A DNA stretch of 64,000 nucleotides from contig BDGG01000001.1 in assembly GCA_001949185.1 (NCBI GenBank), forward strand, positions 4,577,624 to 4,641,623, read 5' to 3'. Below the pieces are notes generated by a model. The model saw only the letters and a list, made by a program, of their open reading frames with translations. It made no database searches and had not been told where the DNA came from. Every line of letters starts with the position of its first letter. The first letter of the stretch is position 1. Shown in pieces: positions 38,458 to 51,355 of this stretch. The position numbers and the translations under genes were made by a program. The DNA is from Ramazzottius varieornatus. Its lineage: Eukaryota > Animalia > Tardigrada.

Positions 38458-39809
38458 ATGTTCGAACCATCTCGACCCACTTATCATGAAGTCGGACTGT
38501 ACGATCGGCGGATCGGAGCCGTGCGTGCATCCATGAACCGCAATACCTTTCTTCTACCGGTAAGCCATTCGTACCAGAGCTGCAGAGCGATTTAGCTCGT
38601 TCTAGCTCGCGAGGTAAATTTGCCGTTTTTTTACGAAAACGCAAAACAAGGTTGTGCAGCGCACAAACCTGGATGAGCTTTTTGTAAAAACCTTGTAGAA
38701 GAAAGGCGAAATGAGCTAAACGAGCTAAATAGCTCCGCAGGACGAATTTCGTACCCACAGCCCTATAGCTCTAAGATAAGTCAGCTACACCGGACCGTCG
38801 TAGGACCCTGTTGGGAGGAGGAAAACCGTGAAGCCACCACCACCGAATCCGTTATTTCGGCCATGGCCGCCCGCACCAAAGCGTCACATTAAAGAATGGC
38901 ACGTGAAAGATTGTAAGTCGAGGAGCTTTCACTCGGTTCCGGAAGATATTTTCAAATGACGATTCTACATGCCGAAGCCTATTTTCAGTGATGATATGGA
39001 GGAAGTTCAAGCCGTCTCATCACACCGAACAGTGCATCGTGGACTTCATAACGCTGGGACAAGCAGCGTTGGATGAGCGTAAAGTTACTGCCTCGGAATG
39101 GCAGAAATTCTACAAGGAACATCGCGACTGTGCCAAGAAGATTGTTTGCTGGGATAACTGTAAAGATGTCGACCCCAGAACCGGAGTGAAACGAATCAGG
39201 AAAACGTATTATCCCGAAATACCCGATCCTCCAGTACTCGACGAGTAGGTTTTCACTCTGCTTTTCAGAAATAATTATGTCTCTCTATTTTGGGATTTTT
39301 GAAGAGATATACAACGCCCCATTCTCTTCGATTTCAGATTCAACTCTGTGTCAGTCAATATGTTGTACCACAACCAGTACTGCCGGGCTTGGCTGATCGG
39401 AGAGCACGCGAGAGTGGACCACGAGAACACTTTGAAAAGAGCTCACAGTGTAAGATGACCGCTCCGGTTCGCTCATTAAACCTTTATTTGAGTTCTCTGG
39501 CTTGATTCTACCGTCCTTCATGACCTTCGACTTCTGTTATAGCATATGGAAATTAAACGAGTGGTTAACCGCGACCAGCGCCGCATAGAGAAACAACATC
39601 GTTTCATTGCGCGGCGAGAAGCCCAAAAAGGCCTGAATGTTCGCCCATTGGCTTATATCACCCCGCCAAGGAAGGTCTGCGCGCAGACAGCGGCACTGGA
39701 AACATTCCAGACCGAAGGCAAAAGGTGCGAGGCATACCACCAAGATGCCATAAAGCGAAGAGCGGTGGCTGAAAACAAGAAGGTCCGTCCGTCATACATG
39801 GCTCGATGA
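38458..39809 (+). CDS. CFAP77: Cilia- and flagella-associated protein 77-like (DUF4483), divergent
   Basis: Spliced RIGAVRASMNRNTFLLP|DPVGRRK, DFITLGQAALDERKVTASE and LETFQTEGKR resemble the CFAP77 motifs as I recall them (RLGVVRDSMFQNPLIV, NYIAMNRGAVKAGLVTARE, LDTFPTEADR). Start is uncertain. Confidence 0.65.
38580..38740. mobile_element. ~160-bp foldback (MITE-like) in a CFAP77-like intron
   Basis: ~28-bp imperfect terminal inverted repeats CTGCAGAGCGATTTAGCTCGTTCTAGCTC / GAGCTAAACGAGCTAAATAGCTCCGCAG, plus nested stems to a central AGGTTGTGC-AGC-GCACAAACCT. Confidence 0.6.
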
Positions 39810-41271
39810 CTCTGTGGCTACGGTGGGCCTCAGCAAGCAATTGCGCTGGTTTCCTTCGCCGGGATCTTCTTTTGGAATAACCGAAAAAGAATTTCGGCCC
39901 TGACAGTTTCTGTTTCAAGTTTTACTGTTTTTTGCTGTTCTTGTTATCTTTGTACATTCTGTTGTTGTTGCGTACCGTGTTGGTCGTTAGTTTTCTGTTC
40001 AGCTTTCTCATTTGCTATCCTGCAATCTTTCCTTGTACAATTTGTTTGTTGATTCAACCATTTTAGCCTTCCATAATACTGTAGCCCCGAACGACGACAG
40101 TACGATGGATCTTGGGCGTTGCCTGCGTCACTTTGGCATATTTTCGACTGACCGCCTGCTGGGATATCGATTGGCGACACATGCTGGAAGAGGAAGACTG
40201 CATGCCAAAGAAAAGTTCCCTCGTTCCCGTTTGCTTGTTTACTCAGTCATCATATTTCTAGTCTCCACACCAAGACCTCCTGATCATTTTCCACCTCTCA
40301 CTTTTCCCGCCACGCGTCACGGTCTCACGGTGCGCCTACACTTGCATAATTGTCAAATCACGTGTCGGCACTACAGTACAGACGGTAAAAAGACCGGCAT
40401 TAAAGTAATGGGAGCACTCCATGGATGTTTGCACTGAAATATCGAACGGCGAGAGCTATAACGAAGACGCGAGAGTGAGAGCGCTCAACACGCTGTTTAA
40501 TCAGCAGAGAAGCCACGGCAGCCAGGGGGCTTTGGTTCTTGGCATATAGACTTTGCATATGTACGGTATAATCAAATGGCGCAAGACTTGAGTTGGGGCG
40601 GATGTGGCGGAAGAGTGGCAGCTAGGCAAAGATGTCGATCTATCCATCCATCCGTCCTTCCACTGGGAGCACCAGCGCAAGGAGGGAATGGTCCGAGATC
40701 CAAGTACACACACCACGCACTCGTACGAGAGTACCAGTACCGCAACAGATAACCTTATCGTCGATCTGCGCTGCTTCTGCATAACGATGAGCTGGAACGA
40801 CTTGTCTGTTTCTTCCCTACGCTACTTCCTTCATTCTTGATCCGTGTTATCCTGTATGCTGCACATGCAGGCCTTCCTTCCTTCCAACTGACGTTATCCT
40901 GTTTCCCGTCTCATCCTCAAGTCTTATACCCATCCTTCCGACGATCATCCCTGAACCTTCCTTTCCTCGTTGCATCTTTCCCGAGTCTTCATTCTGCGAC
41001 ATTTTAACAATGGGAGAACTACCTGCGAACCCACCGGCCAATGAATTTTAATCATGCGCTTGTTCGGTAATTGTCATCGATTTTCGACTTTGATAAGCTC
41101 TCGTTCAAGACTGGAAAGCACACCTGAAATTTATCGACTTGGTTGTGGCAGATGATTGGACGATTATTCATATTCATTGGCTTATTAGCCATCTTTACGA
41201 CCGTGAAATACTCAAGCTCAACGGGTAATTTATCTATGAGATCATAACTTCATTGGGGCAATTTCGGAAAA

Positions 41272-44200
41272 ATGCAGCGTCCGGATTCTCGACCATTGGA
41301 CAACGAAGGCTACCAAGGACCCCGCGTCACTTTCGGTATCGATACGGACCAAGCTGCAGGCTCTTCCTGGGACAGCAATAACCAGCAGCGCGGTACAACG
41401 CACGACATTAACTCGCCGTCTTTCAACGCCGCCTACAACAATGGAAGTGCTTTTCGTGAGGGCGGAGACTTTACCATGCCCAGCTCAAAAACCCAAAAGT
41501 TCATCGAAAAAGTCAAGGAAGAATTCTCCACGGGGTTTATTGTCCCGAAAATTTTCTATTTCTTTTTCTTCTGTGCGTTTGGTTCGTTCTTCCCCTTGAT
41601 GGCAATTTACTTCAAGAATTTAGGGTTTACGGCTGGTCAAGCTGGTATTCTGATTGGGGTTCGCCCCTTTGTGGAGTTTTGCTCGACACCGGTTTGGGCC
41701 AAGATTATCGACAAGATTGGCCGACTGAAATGGATACTCATGTTTTCGCTGTTAAGTCTAATTGGGTTCACTCTTACCTTATCCCAAGTACGGCCAAAGC
41801 ATTCGGGCTGCCTAGCCTGGAATCTCACGCACTATTGGCTCCTTGATCCCGTCTTTGTGGATACCGACGATAAGGATACTAATGTCTTTCCCCATACCGA
41901 CGCTGTGCCTCCTCACGATCTGGTTCAGCACCTACCACCGGACCATGTCGTCGGTTTCTCACCCATGATGCTCCGCCAGTACAACGTCATCAACTACGAG
42001 GACAAGGATGAAAATGCTAATTTATGGATCAAACCACCGTTTAGTGCCGCCGTTTATCGCAACGATAATATTCAAAGTACTTTTTGGATGCTTTTACTGG
42101 TCGTCATCCTCAGCGAGTTCTTCGCGGCTCCGGCCATTCCACTGGCTGATGCTGCAACAATCGCAAGTCTTCCGCCTGGAGAAGTAAGATACAAAATCCA
42201 AAGTACAATCAGCCGTAGACAAATGTAGGAAAACTCTGTATTGCAATCGTGGTTGACTGAATTCTGTCTTGAGCACCAAAATAAACTGCGAATTCGAGAC
42301 CTTCATGAGAGAATCTTCTTTCCGAGCAAGAAGATCAGTTTAGGAATGTCTCTCAAATTATTTTTTTCGCCTGTGATTAGGTGAACCGTCATGCGAGGCA
42401 AAGGATGTTTGGGTCCTTCGGTTGGGGCTTGGCCATGTTCTGTGTGGGGTTCGTGCTGGATCATTCCGCCATGATAGGCTCTCATCCCTGCAATACCAAA
42501 GATGCTCATGAAAGAAATTACACCTATTGCTTCGCGGCCTTTACAACTTTCATGGCAATCGCCACCATCACGGCCACACGTTTCCGGCTGCACAACCTAC
42601 CTAAACAATTCATCGCACCGGGCGTTCTACGACAGGTTTTTGGGTTTCCGGCCATGAACACCCAGCCAATGGACACCAAGTATACGTACCCGCAAAGTTT
42701 GGCTAACTTGGCCGATGAATATCAAGATGACGGCATGCTTGACGCCCCCATCATCAACGCTGGTGCCGAAAACGATTTGGAAGAAGCGGATAACAACCCG
42801 ATGCGCTCCGACTTTGCCAGCCTTTTGTTGGTGCTCAAAACTTATGGCAGTGCAAAGTTTTACGTCATCCTGTTCATCGGATGGTTCTTCGGGTTTGGAA
42901 CTGCCCTGAACTTCTCGTTCCAGTTCTGGCATCTACAGGTAGCATCAATTTTCAAGTAAAACTACCAAAGAAGTTTGAGGAATTCTGGTAGAAGGAATCT
43001 TTCCAAACAACATGCGCAGTCTCTCGCTCACCTCCATTCAGCGACCTGCGTGTCTACCATAGGGAACAAGTACGCAGGTGCGCGCAAAACCGAGCTTCTT
43101 GGTTTCACGGATGTTGGACAAAATTCTAAATTGTACCTGGGGAAAGGTACATATGTGGATTGTAAGGAAGAAGTATCTATCAACAAGTTATAGATATCCA
43201 GTCCCTCTAAGTTTAGTGAGACGGAATAATTGATACATGGATCAATGTGACTGACGTCAGCGCCTGTTTTGTCGTTACTCTTGAAATTAAGATGCAGCTC
43301 TTACTTAAGAAAGGAGAGAAATCGATGGCAAATTCTTTCTGACGTCCAGGCGTCTCCTTCGATAAATATTTTTCCAAGGACCCCCGTCGTTGTGATTTTT
43401 TCGGCTTTCCTAGACAGAGAATAGATTACGTAACACGGTCCACTGTCCAGGCTGCTGCGCCAGTGTCATTCTATAAGTAATCCAAGTTACTTCCTGTAAT
43501 TCATTGGCGGTGCTTCTGTGGTTTCATACCGGAAACTACAAGTCGTTACTTGTCTAATTGCAGGACTTGGGTGGAAAGGCCTCCGTGTTCGGTATCGCCT
43601 CCATCATCAACCACACATGCGAAATCCTCAGCTTTTTCGTTACCAGCAAGATTATCCGCAAGATCGGCACACATAAGGCCTTGGCTATTGCTGTCTGTAT
43701 CAAAGGTACACGATCGCTTATCCTTTCCTGGATTAGCAACGCTTGGTGGATCATCCCTCTATCGTTCTTCCAAGGTACCGGAACTTATTCAAAAATTCAA
43801 AATGGATATTCTCTTTCTTAGAAGTATCTCTAAATGATCACATCATCAAATGAATACACTCAGATAATGTCCCCAAAGTGCCACACGCTTTCATCCACTA
43901 ACAATGAAAACGTACGCGACCTGAGATGAAGATTTGGTGGAATGATTTGCCAAAGTTCCAATCATCTATCTCTTCTAAAGTCTTACAGGGAAAAAAGTTT
44001 GATAAGTATCAGAAATTTTCTTGTTTCGTGGGTGGGGCTTTGGAGCTTTCGGAGAGCCTAAACCATAAATGGTTCTGCCATTGTTCAGCTCAGCTGGAAA
44101 ATTTCAGCGAGACGCCCTAAATCTTGAGTAATGATAGAGAATGGTTAAGTGGCAGTTTGGTGGAAGCGCGAACGTTAGGAGTAAGGTCGTAAAATATCAA

Positions 44201-46116
44201 AAGCAGGGAAAAAAGGGGAGAGCGTTAAGGGTACCCTGGTTGTGGTGTCGAGTTTGCGGCTGAAAGGATAAGAAACACGAGCTACGTCAGAAAAGAACTG
44301 TGGTAGTAAGTACACAATGGAACGTGGATGACTCAATTTACTTTCGTTAGAGGAAAGCAGTTGGAGGACTGGCGCACTTCTGGCTACGTATTGTAGTGGG
44401 GAAGTGTGTGTGTGTGTGGATGGCAGACTTTGGCGTGTCCATCGATTTTTCTTGCCGAACAAGTTGACGTTAATGTCTCTTCTTATTGATTGATTCCTGG
44501 CAAGCAGACAGCGCTTCCTCTCGCAGCCAGCTTCCTGTTTTGATGTGCAACTCGTTGAGGGAAGAGTAGCAGCCTCTTCACCAAACATCAAAATATCGAG
44601 CCATCGTTGCCCTATCACACCAGCTGGAGATGGTAGGCCAATATGGCCAAGAAATCGAATCTTTGAAAGTAACCCCTTGCAACAAAAGGTCGCCACTTTT
44701 TTCTCGTTACAACCTTTTTCCACCACGAAACTCAGTATGCCCCATCGTAATCTCAGAAGCGGCCTTTTTTACGACTCTATATACATAAAAAGGCGTTGTC
44801 GGAAGCTTCCCCACTCAAGCCAGCCCTTTTTCGGTCCCTTGAGAGTAATATAACGATAAGAAGGTCTTGGCTAGAGAAGCCAGCCAACTATAGGACGCAT
44901 CGTTACTGATTAAATGAACAAATTTGAGGTAACAAAGTCGAGAGGAACTGTAAGACTTCAAATGCAAAGTAGCTCGAACTGCACGAGCAGAGATTCACTC
45001 TTTTGGAAGGGAAAGGAGGAAGTTGGTGGTGACAGCGTCTTGCCGCCATGGTGGCGCGAGGACCTTGCTGTGCGGTCCATCCAACACAGTTTACATAATT
45101 GATTACATCCGAAGAAAACCATGTACCATTGATTTTCCCCTTGGATCGATTGGCCGAACGAATAGCCATGTTGATGAGATGTCAGTTAGATAGATGGGCT
45201 ATCCTCGAGCTTGGTTCTGCTGCTGGGAGCGATTGACTATGGATTTCTTATTCGCAACGTTCGCGATCAGTATCGGCAGCTCGGCCAAGATTTCTCCCGA
45301 GACGCCGTTGGTCGTGGTCCACGTCCCGATAATTTGTGGACGTGCACAAGTCAATCATTACAGCTTTTATGTCGCTATTTGCTCCCTCTCTCTCAAGTGT
45401 GCCTTTTTCTGCCGTTTCAGGCTTCACACATGCCTTGGAATGGGTGGCTATTTGCTCCTACTTCAACCTACTGACAATCTCCACGAAAGGACTTCAACCT
45501 GCAACGCAGGGCATCCTACAGATATCCCAGCATGGCCTCGGACGAGCGTGTGGATCCCTCATAGGAGGATTCTTCATGAAATCATACGGTAGACATCCAG
45601 AACCAACCTTCAGACTACGTTCCCAACAAAATCAGCCACTAGAATAGAAACCAACGCTTCCGAATGAAACCCGCCATGAAGGAGAAACGTGGTTTCTATC
45701 AATATGTGAACGTACCAGGCAGAAGTTTCGCGTCTTCAGAATGGAAGTCAAAGCCCAGAGTTATCTTGTCTAAAGCCTTTTGGCCATTTTCAGGTTCACC
45801 GATGCTCTTCCGCGTTTACGGTTTTCTGAGCTACATAGTGGTTGCACTTTTGGGTGTCTTTCTGTGGTACAACAAAAAGTACCTCTCCCACGAAGGAACC
45901 TCGATCGACAGCGATCAGCCCATGCATCTCTTGGAAGAGAATGCTGGACCCAACTACCTCAATCCCCACGGCGTTCCAGGCACCTCCGTATCCCGATCTC
46001 CTTCTCCGGTACCTGGCATGCGACGCGACCACGGTAGCAAGAGTGCCGCCGAGATCCGGACCACGCCTTCCCCTGTTCCAATGCATCAGACTTCCTCTTA
46101 TGGCGCGATGCATTAA
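41272..46116 (+). CDS. MFSD6: Major facilitator superfamily domain-containing protein 6-like transporter
   Basis: KIFYFFFFCAFGSFFPLMAIYFKNLG...GVRPFVEFCSTP; EFFAAPAIPLADAAT; RQRMFGSFGWGLAMF; FWHLQ|DLGG...FGIASIINH; ATQGILQ...GLGRACG; LNPHGVP. Confidence 0.9.
43875..43923. repeat. Palindrome family A core, degenerate (MFSD6 intron)
   Basis: AAAGTGCCACAC-N25-GTACGCGACCTG; spacer matches the family consensus. Confidence 0.7.
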
Positions 46117-47040
46117 AGAGCTTTAGTTTTGAGTTTTCCACGTTGAAATGCAAGCTTGAAGTTTTAGTTTAAGTTAATGTTCCTTCAGTTGTGATGATTA
46201 TTTGGACCCAGCTTAGATTTTGTCGCAATACCTTATAATATCACTTCCAAAATTCCAAGCAGATGTTTTAACCCAAGTAAATCTTAAAGCTGATGCGTAA
46301 GGTTCAGTAAACCGAATTAAAGCCCCGAGTACTCGTATGACGTCTTTGTGTAGTTCAAGAAGTCAAAAAGGAAGCACGGGAGCAGAAATAGGTTGCCGGC
46401 GAACAATCCGGAAGCATATTTGCAACGTGCATACAGTAAACCATTTGGCTACTGCCTGGACCAGGTAAGCAGGAACGTGACGGAAACGTCGAGCTTGTTG
46501 GCCGGCTTCCCAAACGGGATTTGGTGTTCGAAACACGGAGAAGGTGTACTAATGGAACATAATATTTAATGGCGTAATTGAAAGTTGAAAATACAGACCG
46601 AGTTAATACCCAGGAGCGACAGAGTCCGTGTGAATCAAAACGTGGTCTGCATAACACGACGATGTATGTACATGAAGCTATCATGCAAAACAAAAGAAGA
46701 AGGGGGTTTAAAGGTGTGGACTTTGAAAACGAACAACGTTTGTTATATCGAAAACAGTGTCGATATTGAATGTTTCGATCTGGACTTGATCTCTGTCTGA
46801 CACTACACAGTCGATGTTACAGAAGAACTACACCTTGTAGCACAGTCATCTAACAGACCATCTCAATCTATTCAACTCGTCAACATTAGCGCTCACCCTC
46901 ACGTTTGAAAATCAAGCGTTTCCCTTCCCGTTTCAGTTAATGTGAAATGTACAAACACCATACTTCTTTTTCGCGGTTTCTTCGTTGGCGTTAGGTACTC
47001 AACAAAACTTTCAATTCTTTTATCAAGCGAATCTTCTTCC

Positions 47041-49999
47041 TTACTGCTTATCATCTCCCTGATCCTTAGATCTGCTCATGCTATTCTTCAGCATCACCTA
47101 CAACACACCACACAGTTCCGTCAGTTGAGAAATCCTAATCACTGGTCTCTACACCCACCAGGAGAACGACCCAGCAAAATTTACAAGCACTTCATGTACC
47201 TGCATACGGACACTCCTAATGCCAGCATGGAGTATCAGTATGCGGGTACATGCGAGAGCCGGCGCATTGTGGATACGGACTGTTATGAGTCGCGCTAGTT
47301 TGACAGAAGTACTTACACCGGCAGGGAATCCTCCACTCGAGGAAGACCGTGTTAGAAGGTGATCTCTTAAGGAAGGGGGCAGTAGTGCGTCTCTGACATC
47401 AGGTTGAATGGCGAGCTCTGCAGAACCCAAAAGCATACAATCAACGAAACTCGATATGACGCCATCGATATGGATACGATACCGTACCTTCTTCCGTGAA
47501 GTTGAACAACGGCGGCATCTCTCGTCCATTTGGAAGCTTACCATCGGGTACCCGCAGTTCATCAAAGAAATGATGAGCACAAGCTTGGAGTGGCGTCAGA
47601 CGGGCAGAAGGAGTGTATTCCAGCAGACGAGCGATCAGCTCTAACGCGTCATTCCCTGTCCTTGGGCGAAACACCTGAGAACAATGAGAGATGACGGTAA
47701 CTTCCTACTTTTCCCTGTGATGGGTCGGCTGGATGACTCACCTTGCTCCATGGATGGGGTTTGATCTGGGGGAACTTGAACTCGGTGTAGTTGGGGTTCA
47801 TTTCCCTGATCTGGTCTTTGGAAGGTGTGCCCAGCACTTTGATGATCTCCACCAGTTGGTCGACGCCGCTGTCGCCTGGAAAGATTGGCTGGCCCAGCAT
47901 CAACTCGGCCATGACACAGCCGGCAGACCAAATGTCGATCATGCAGGTGTAGTCGTTCGCCCCGAATATCAGTTCCGGTGCGCGGTAGTAGCGAGAGCAA
48001 ATGTAGCTTACGTTCGGCTCCCCCCTCACCAAATGCTTGGCACTACAGAGTAAACCTTACGTTAGTTTCTTATCATTATGTTATCAGAATTCTGGTATCT
48101 TTTTTCCCCGATTTTTCAACATGTGGGAGCTGGGATTTGGATCCATCCAGATCGTTTTTGTAACTGGCACACCCTTCCCGCCGATAACAACGAAAAAGTG
48201 CGCCACTTGGCTGAACAACCTGGTACAGTTTATTTGCCCAGTTCACATTTTTCTTGGTATCATTTTTCAGCTTTTCTTTCTTCTGAATGGGTAACTTTGG
48301 TTCATGTGGGCCTTCCTAAGATATTCTTCGTCATTTTCTAATTTTCAAATTATTCAAACTTCTTTGAATTGTTCGGAAATATAGATCTGAATCAATATGA
48401 AATCGAACGGTCGAACCCTTTACCTGCCAAAATCGCATAACTTGAGCACAGAACTTTCGGTATCCAGGAGTAAGTTTTGAGGCTTGATGTCGCGATGGCA
48501 GATGCCCATGTTGTGGATATAGGCAAGTGCCCGGAACAATTGATACATGTGTAACTGCAACAAGGAAGCATAGTATATCAGAAAAACGCGCCCTTCATTA
48601 ATCGTCAATCTTGCCGAAATTAGGGACAGATAGCATCGCACTTCCATGTGACTACTATCAACTACGGGTTCAAGCCCCACCTTGTAGTGAACAACCTCTT
48701 ACCTTGACATAGATCATGGGTATGGGCTGCTTCTGCTTATTGTAATGCCTCGCTACTTTGTACACTGTCTCCGGAATAAATTCCAGCAACAAGTTGAGAT
48801 ACACTTCTTCCTTGTCCGACTGCGAGTAGAAAAAATACTTCAACTGCACGATATTGCAGTGCTCGAGCTGACGCATGATCTGCAGTTCCCGATTCTGCAA
48901 GAAGATAAAACATTAAGCTACGTAGTTTTCAAACTCTTGACCAGAAATAGAACCAGATCGCTGCCCCAAGTGGCGCACACTTCCACGCTTTAACACCACA
49001 AACGTGCGCTACTTGGAACAACGACTTGTTGGCTTTGTTTGCCGCCTTCCAGGTGCCATACTTAATAATTCGTAATCATTAACGGTTGAGCTTTTTGATA
49101 AGTTCGGAACCTAACGGCCATGGAAGTTTAAGTGATGAAAGTGAGCGTTCCACGCCCTCGAAATTCGCGAATGGTAATCAGCTATGTGTGATAAACTACC
49201 ACAGCTGATTTGGCACGTGCTGTACTACGTCACTTCGCTTTCTTCCACTTTCTAAACTGCTGTAAACAGCAAGTCTTCCTCCTGCATCACTACCCACATC
49301 ATTCGAAGATTCTTATGAGCAATTCAGACCGATCTTGCAACACTTGTAACCAAGTTTACAGAATGTCTGATAAACTTGACGCAAGTGTCAGTATGTGTGA
49401 GCGTCACCCCGAAAGAAACAAATTAAAAACATCTCTCCGTTACGCACCCGTCAGCAAAACCCATCAGAAGTTTAGGGAGCAGAAAACAGACTTACCTTGA
49501 AGCGTTTGTCCTGTAGAACCTTCTTGATGGCCACAGGCTCGTTGGTGTCTATCATGCGCGCGGAATACACCACACCAAACGAGCCATTGCCTATCACTTT
49601 CAAATCCGTGTACGACACCTCCTGATACTCTTGATCATTTCCCGGCAAGAGCTTGCCTCTTGTGGCCACAACCGTGTGCACTTTCGAACCATCTTTGCCT
49701 GTAAGATAGAACACACGTTACACAGAAGACATCCAACACAATGCGTTTACAGTAATCGAACGCAATCAACAATCAAGGCTTGAACCAATACTGAGTGCCA
49801 AACCAAGGGAAGCATATTTACCCTGATTCTTACTTGTAATCCTGATATTGCCGAAACTGTTACTGACACCTCCCGTCAGAGAGGCATTGGACTTGGCCCC
49901 ACCAGCGTTGTTCATCCCGATTGCGGCGGAAGCGAGCCCGTTAACGTTTGTACCACCAAAGCCCGTTTGACAATCTGCTCCCCAACTGAAATTGTTCAT
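47041..49999 (-). CDS. GSK3: Glycogen synthase kinase-3 (shaggy)
   Basis: [24 protein letters not shown]|[24 protein letters not shown]|[25 protein letters not shown]. The last exon is ambiguous (two candidate acceptors). Confidence 0.97.
47193..47252. repeat. Palindrome family B (GSK3 last intron)
   Basis: CATGTACCTGCATAC-N30-GTATGCGGGTACATG. Confidence 0.8.
48161..48209. repeat. Palindrome family A core (GSK3 intron)
   Basis: TAACTGGCACAC-N25-GTGCGCCACTTG. Confidence 0.85.
48967..49015. repeat. Palindrome family A core (GSK3 intron)
   Basis: CAAGTGGCGCAC-N25-GTGCGCTACTTG. Confidence 0.9.
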
Positions 50000-50619
50000 C
50001 TGACAAAAACACGACGAAACGAGTCCAAACTTCTCAGCAGCCCGTGATTCAGAAAAACCTGTTCAAAAGCAAACACAAGGCTAAATTGGATGCGATAGTC
50101 AGGAAAGGGATCGAAGGAACGCTTACTTGTGATTTCCACGGAGCGTTTTCAAATTCGATTCTGCGAAAACAAATTAAAGAAAAAATATCATATAGCAAAT
50201 TGCAAACGGTTAATCCGCCCGTTGAAAGATATGGAAGTTTTATGGAACAACCTGGCCAGCAATATTAACGGGAGTTCAAAGATCGACGAGTAATAGGCAA
50301 GTCAGCTATTCAAGTCAAGGTGATCAACGCTTGCTCTGGCCATCCACCACGCGTTGGGTGCGTCCAAGCAGCTGGAGAGTCGATCATGCGAGCTGTTGAA
50401 TCTCGGCGAACGGGAGCATATTCCAAAACGATTCTGAAAGTAGATTTGGCACAGCACCAGAAGGAAGATCGATACAACTTAAAGTTTCAAGGAACGACGT
50501 TTGAACTGCAAGGCGAAAGGGGAGAAAGAACCCCGTGTCTCAGTTAAAACATGGCCCGCTGTTAAACCTTTAAGACCAGATGGTCACGGGGCGCGTGGCT
50601 CAACTCCGGGCCGTGCCGG

Positions 50620-50891
50620 CACCGAAGGGCAGTCATTCCGCTTTCAAATAAGCTGGGCCAAGCACCCTATCATACAGAGAAAAATTCAGGTAATATGGTG
50701 GGCCGTATCCGACAAGCTCGTTCCTTCCTCAAGTGGCTACAGCACCGTCTGCTACGGACACCGAAGGGCAGTCATTCCACTTTCATATAAGCTGGGCCAC
50801 GCACCCTATCATACAGAGAAAAATTCAGGTGATATGGTGGCCGTATCCGACAAGCTCATTCCTTCCTCAAGTGGCTACAGCACCGTCTGCT
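50620..50891. repeat. Two-copy direct tandem duplication, period ~139 bp, between GSK3 5' end and NDUFS2 3' end
   Basis: CACCGAAGGGCAGTCATTCC...CAAGTGGCTACAGCACCGTCTGCT begins at 50620 and again at 50759, with a handful of substitutions/indels. Confidence 0.9.
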
Positions 50892-51355
50892 GCAGAGCAA
50901 CGGGCGGGAGGGGGTACAGCGCCAGACGGAAATTCCATTTCAGAGTCCCGAAGGTTGGGTTCTTGCAGGATTTCGCGGGAGATGGACGCTGGACAACGAC
51001 CCATGGGAAGCACCTCGGACCAGGAGCGGGATCCTTGACTTTCGCATGGTGTAAGGTTTGGAATAGACCATCGAACCGAAGTACGGACTTCGCACGTGAA
51101 GCACAAGCTTTGCGAAACAGGAATTAGCCAGGAGCCCGGGACTGTCCGCAAGTAAGTAATCTTACCGCCAAAAGTCTCCTTTAAACGTCCAAGTACGCCA
51201 CACAACCACAAACCAAAGTAGATAAGAGTAGGAATCTCCTGAATCATTGAATTCACAGCACACTCTCGTAGTACTTCATCGTCACGCAGCGTAAAAAATG
51301 AACAGTAAGTAGGGTATCACAATAAAGAATTTCTGATAAAGGATATAGTACATTT

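Noticed and set aside
43044-43079. ACCTGCGTGT-N16-GTACGCAGGT as family B
   Set aside because: Degenerate arms and wrong spacing; at most a decayed copy.
44175-44853. Overlapping 183-aa and 102-aa ORFs in a large MFSD6 intron
   Set aside because: No motifs or coding-like composition; probably spurious, as are most antisense shadow ORFs in the track.
50820-50850. Minus-strand TACGGCCACCATATCACCTGAA resembling the 5' end of 5S rRNA
   Set aside because: Similarity stops after about 20 nt; no internal A/C boxes or 5S fold are recognisable.
50501-51127. 208-aa ORF over the tandem duplication
   Set aside because: No recognisable domain, and the duplicated unit is read in different frames, indicating a chance ORF.
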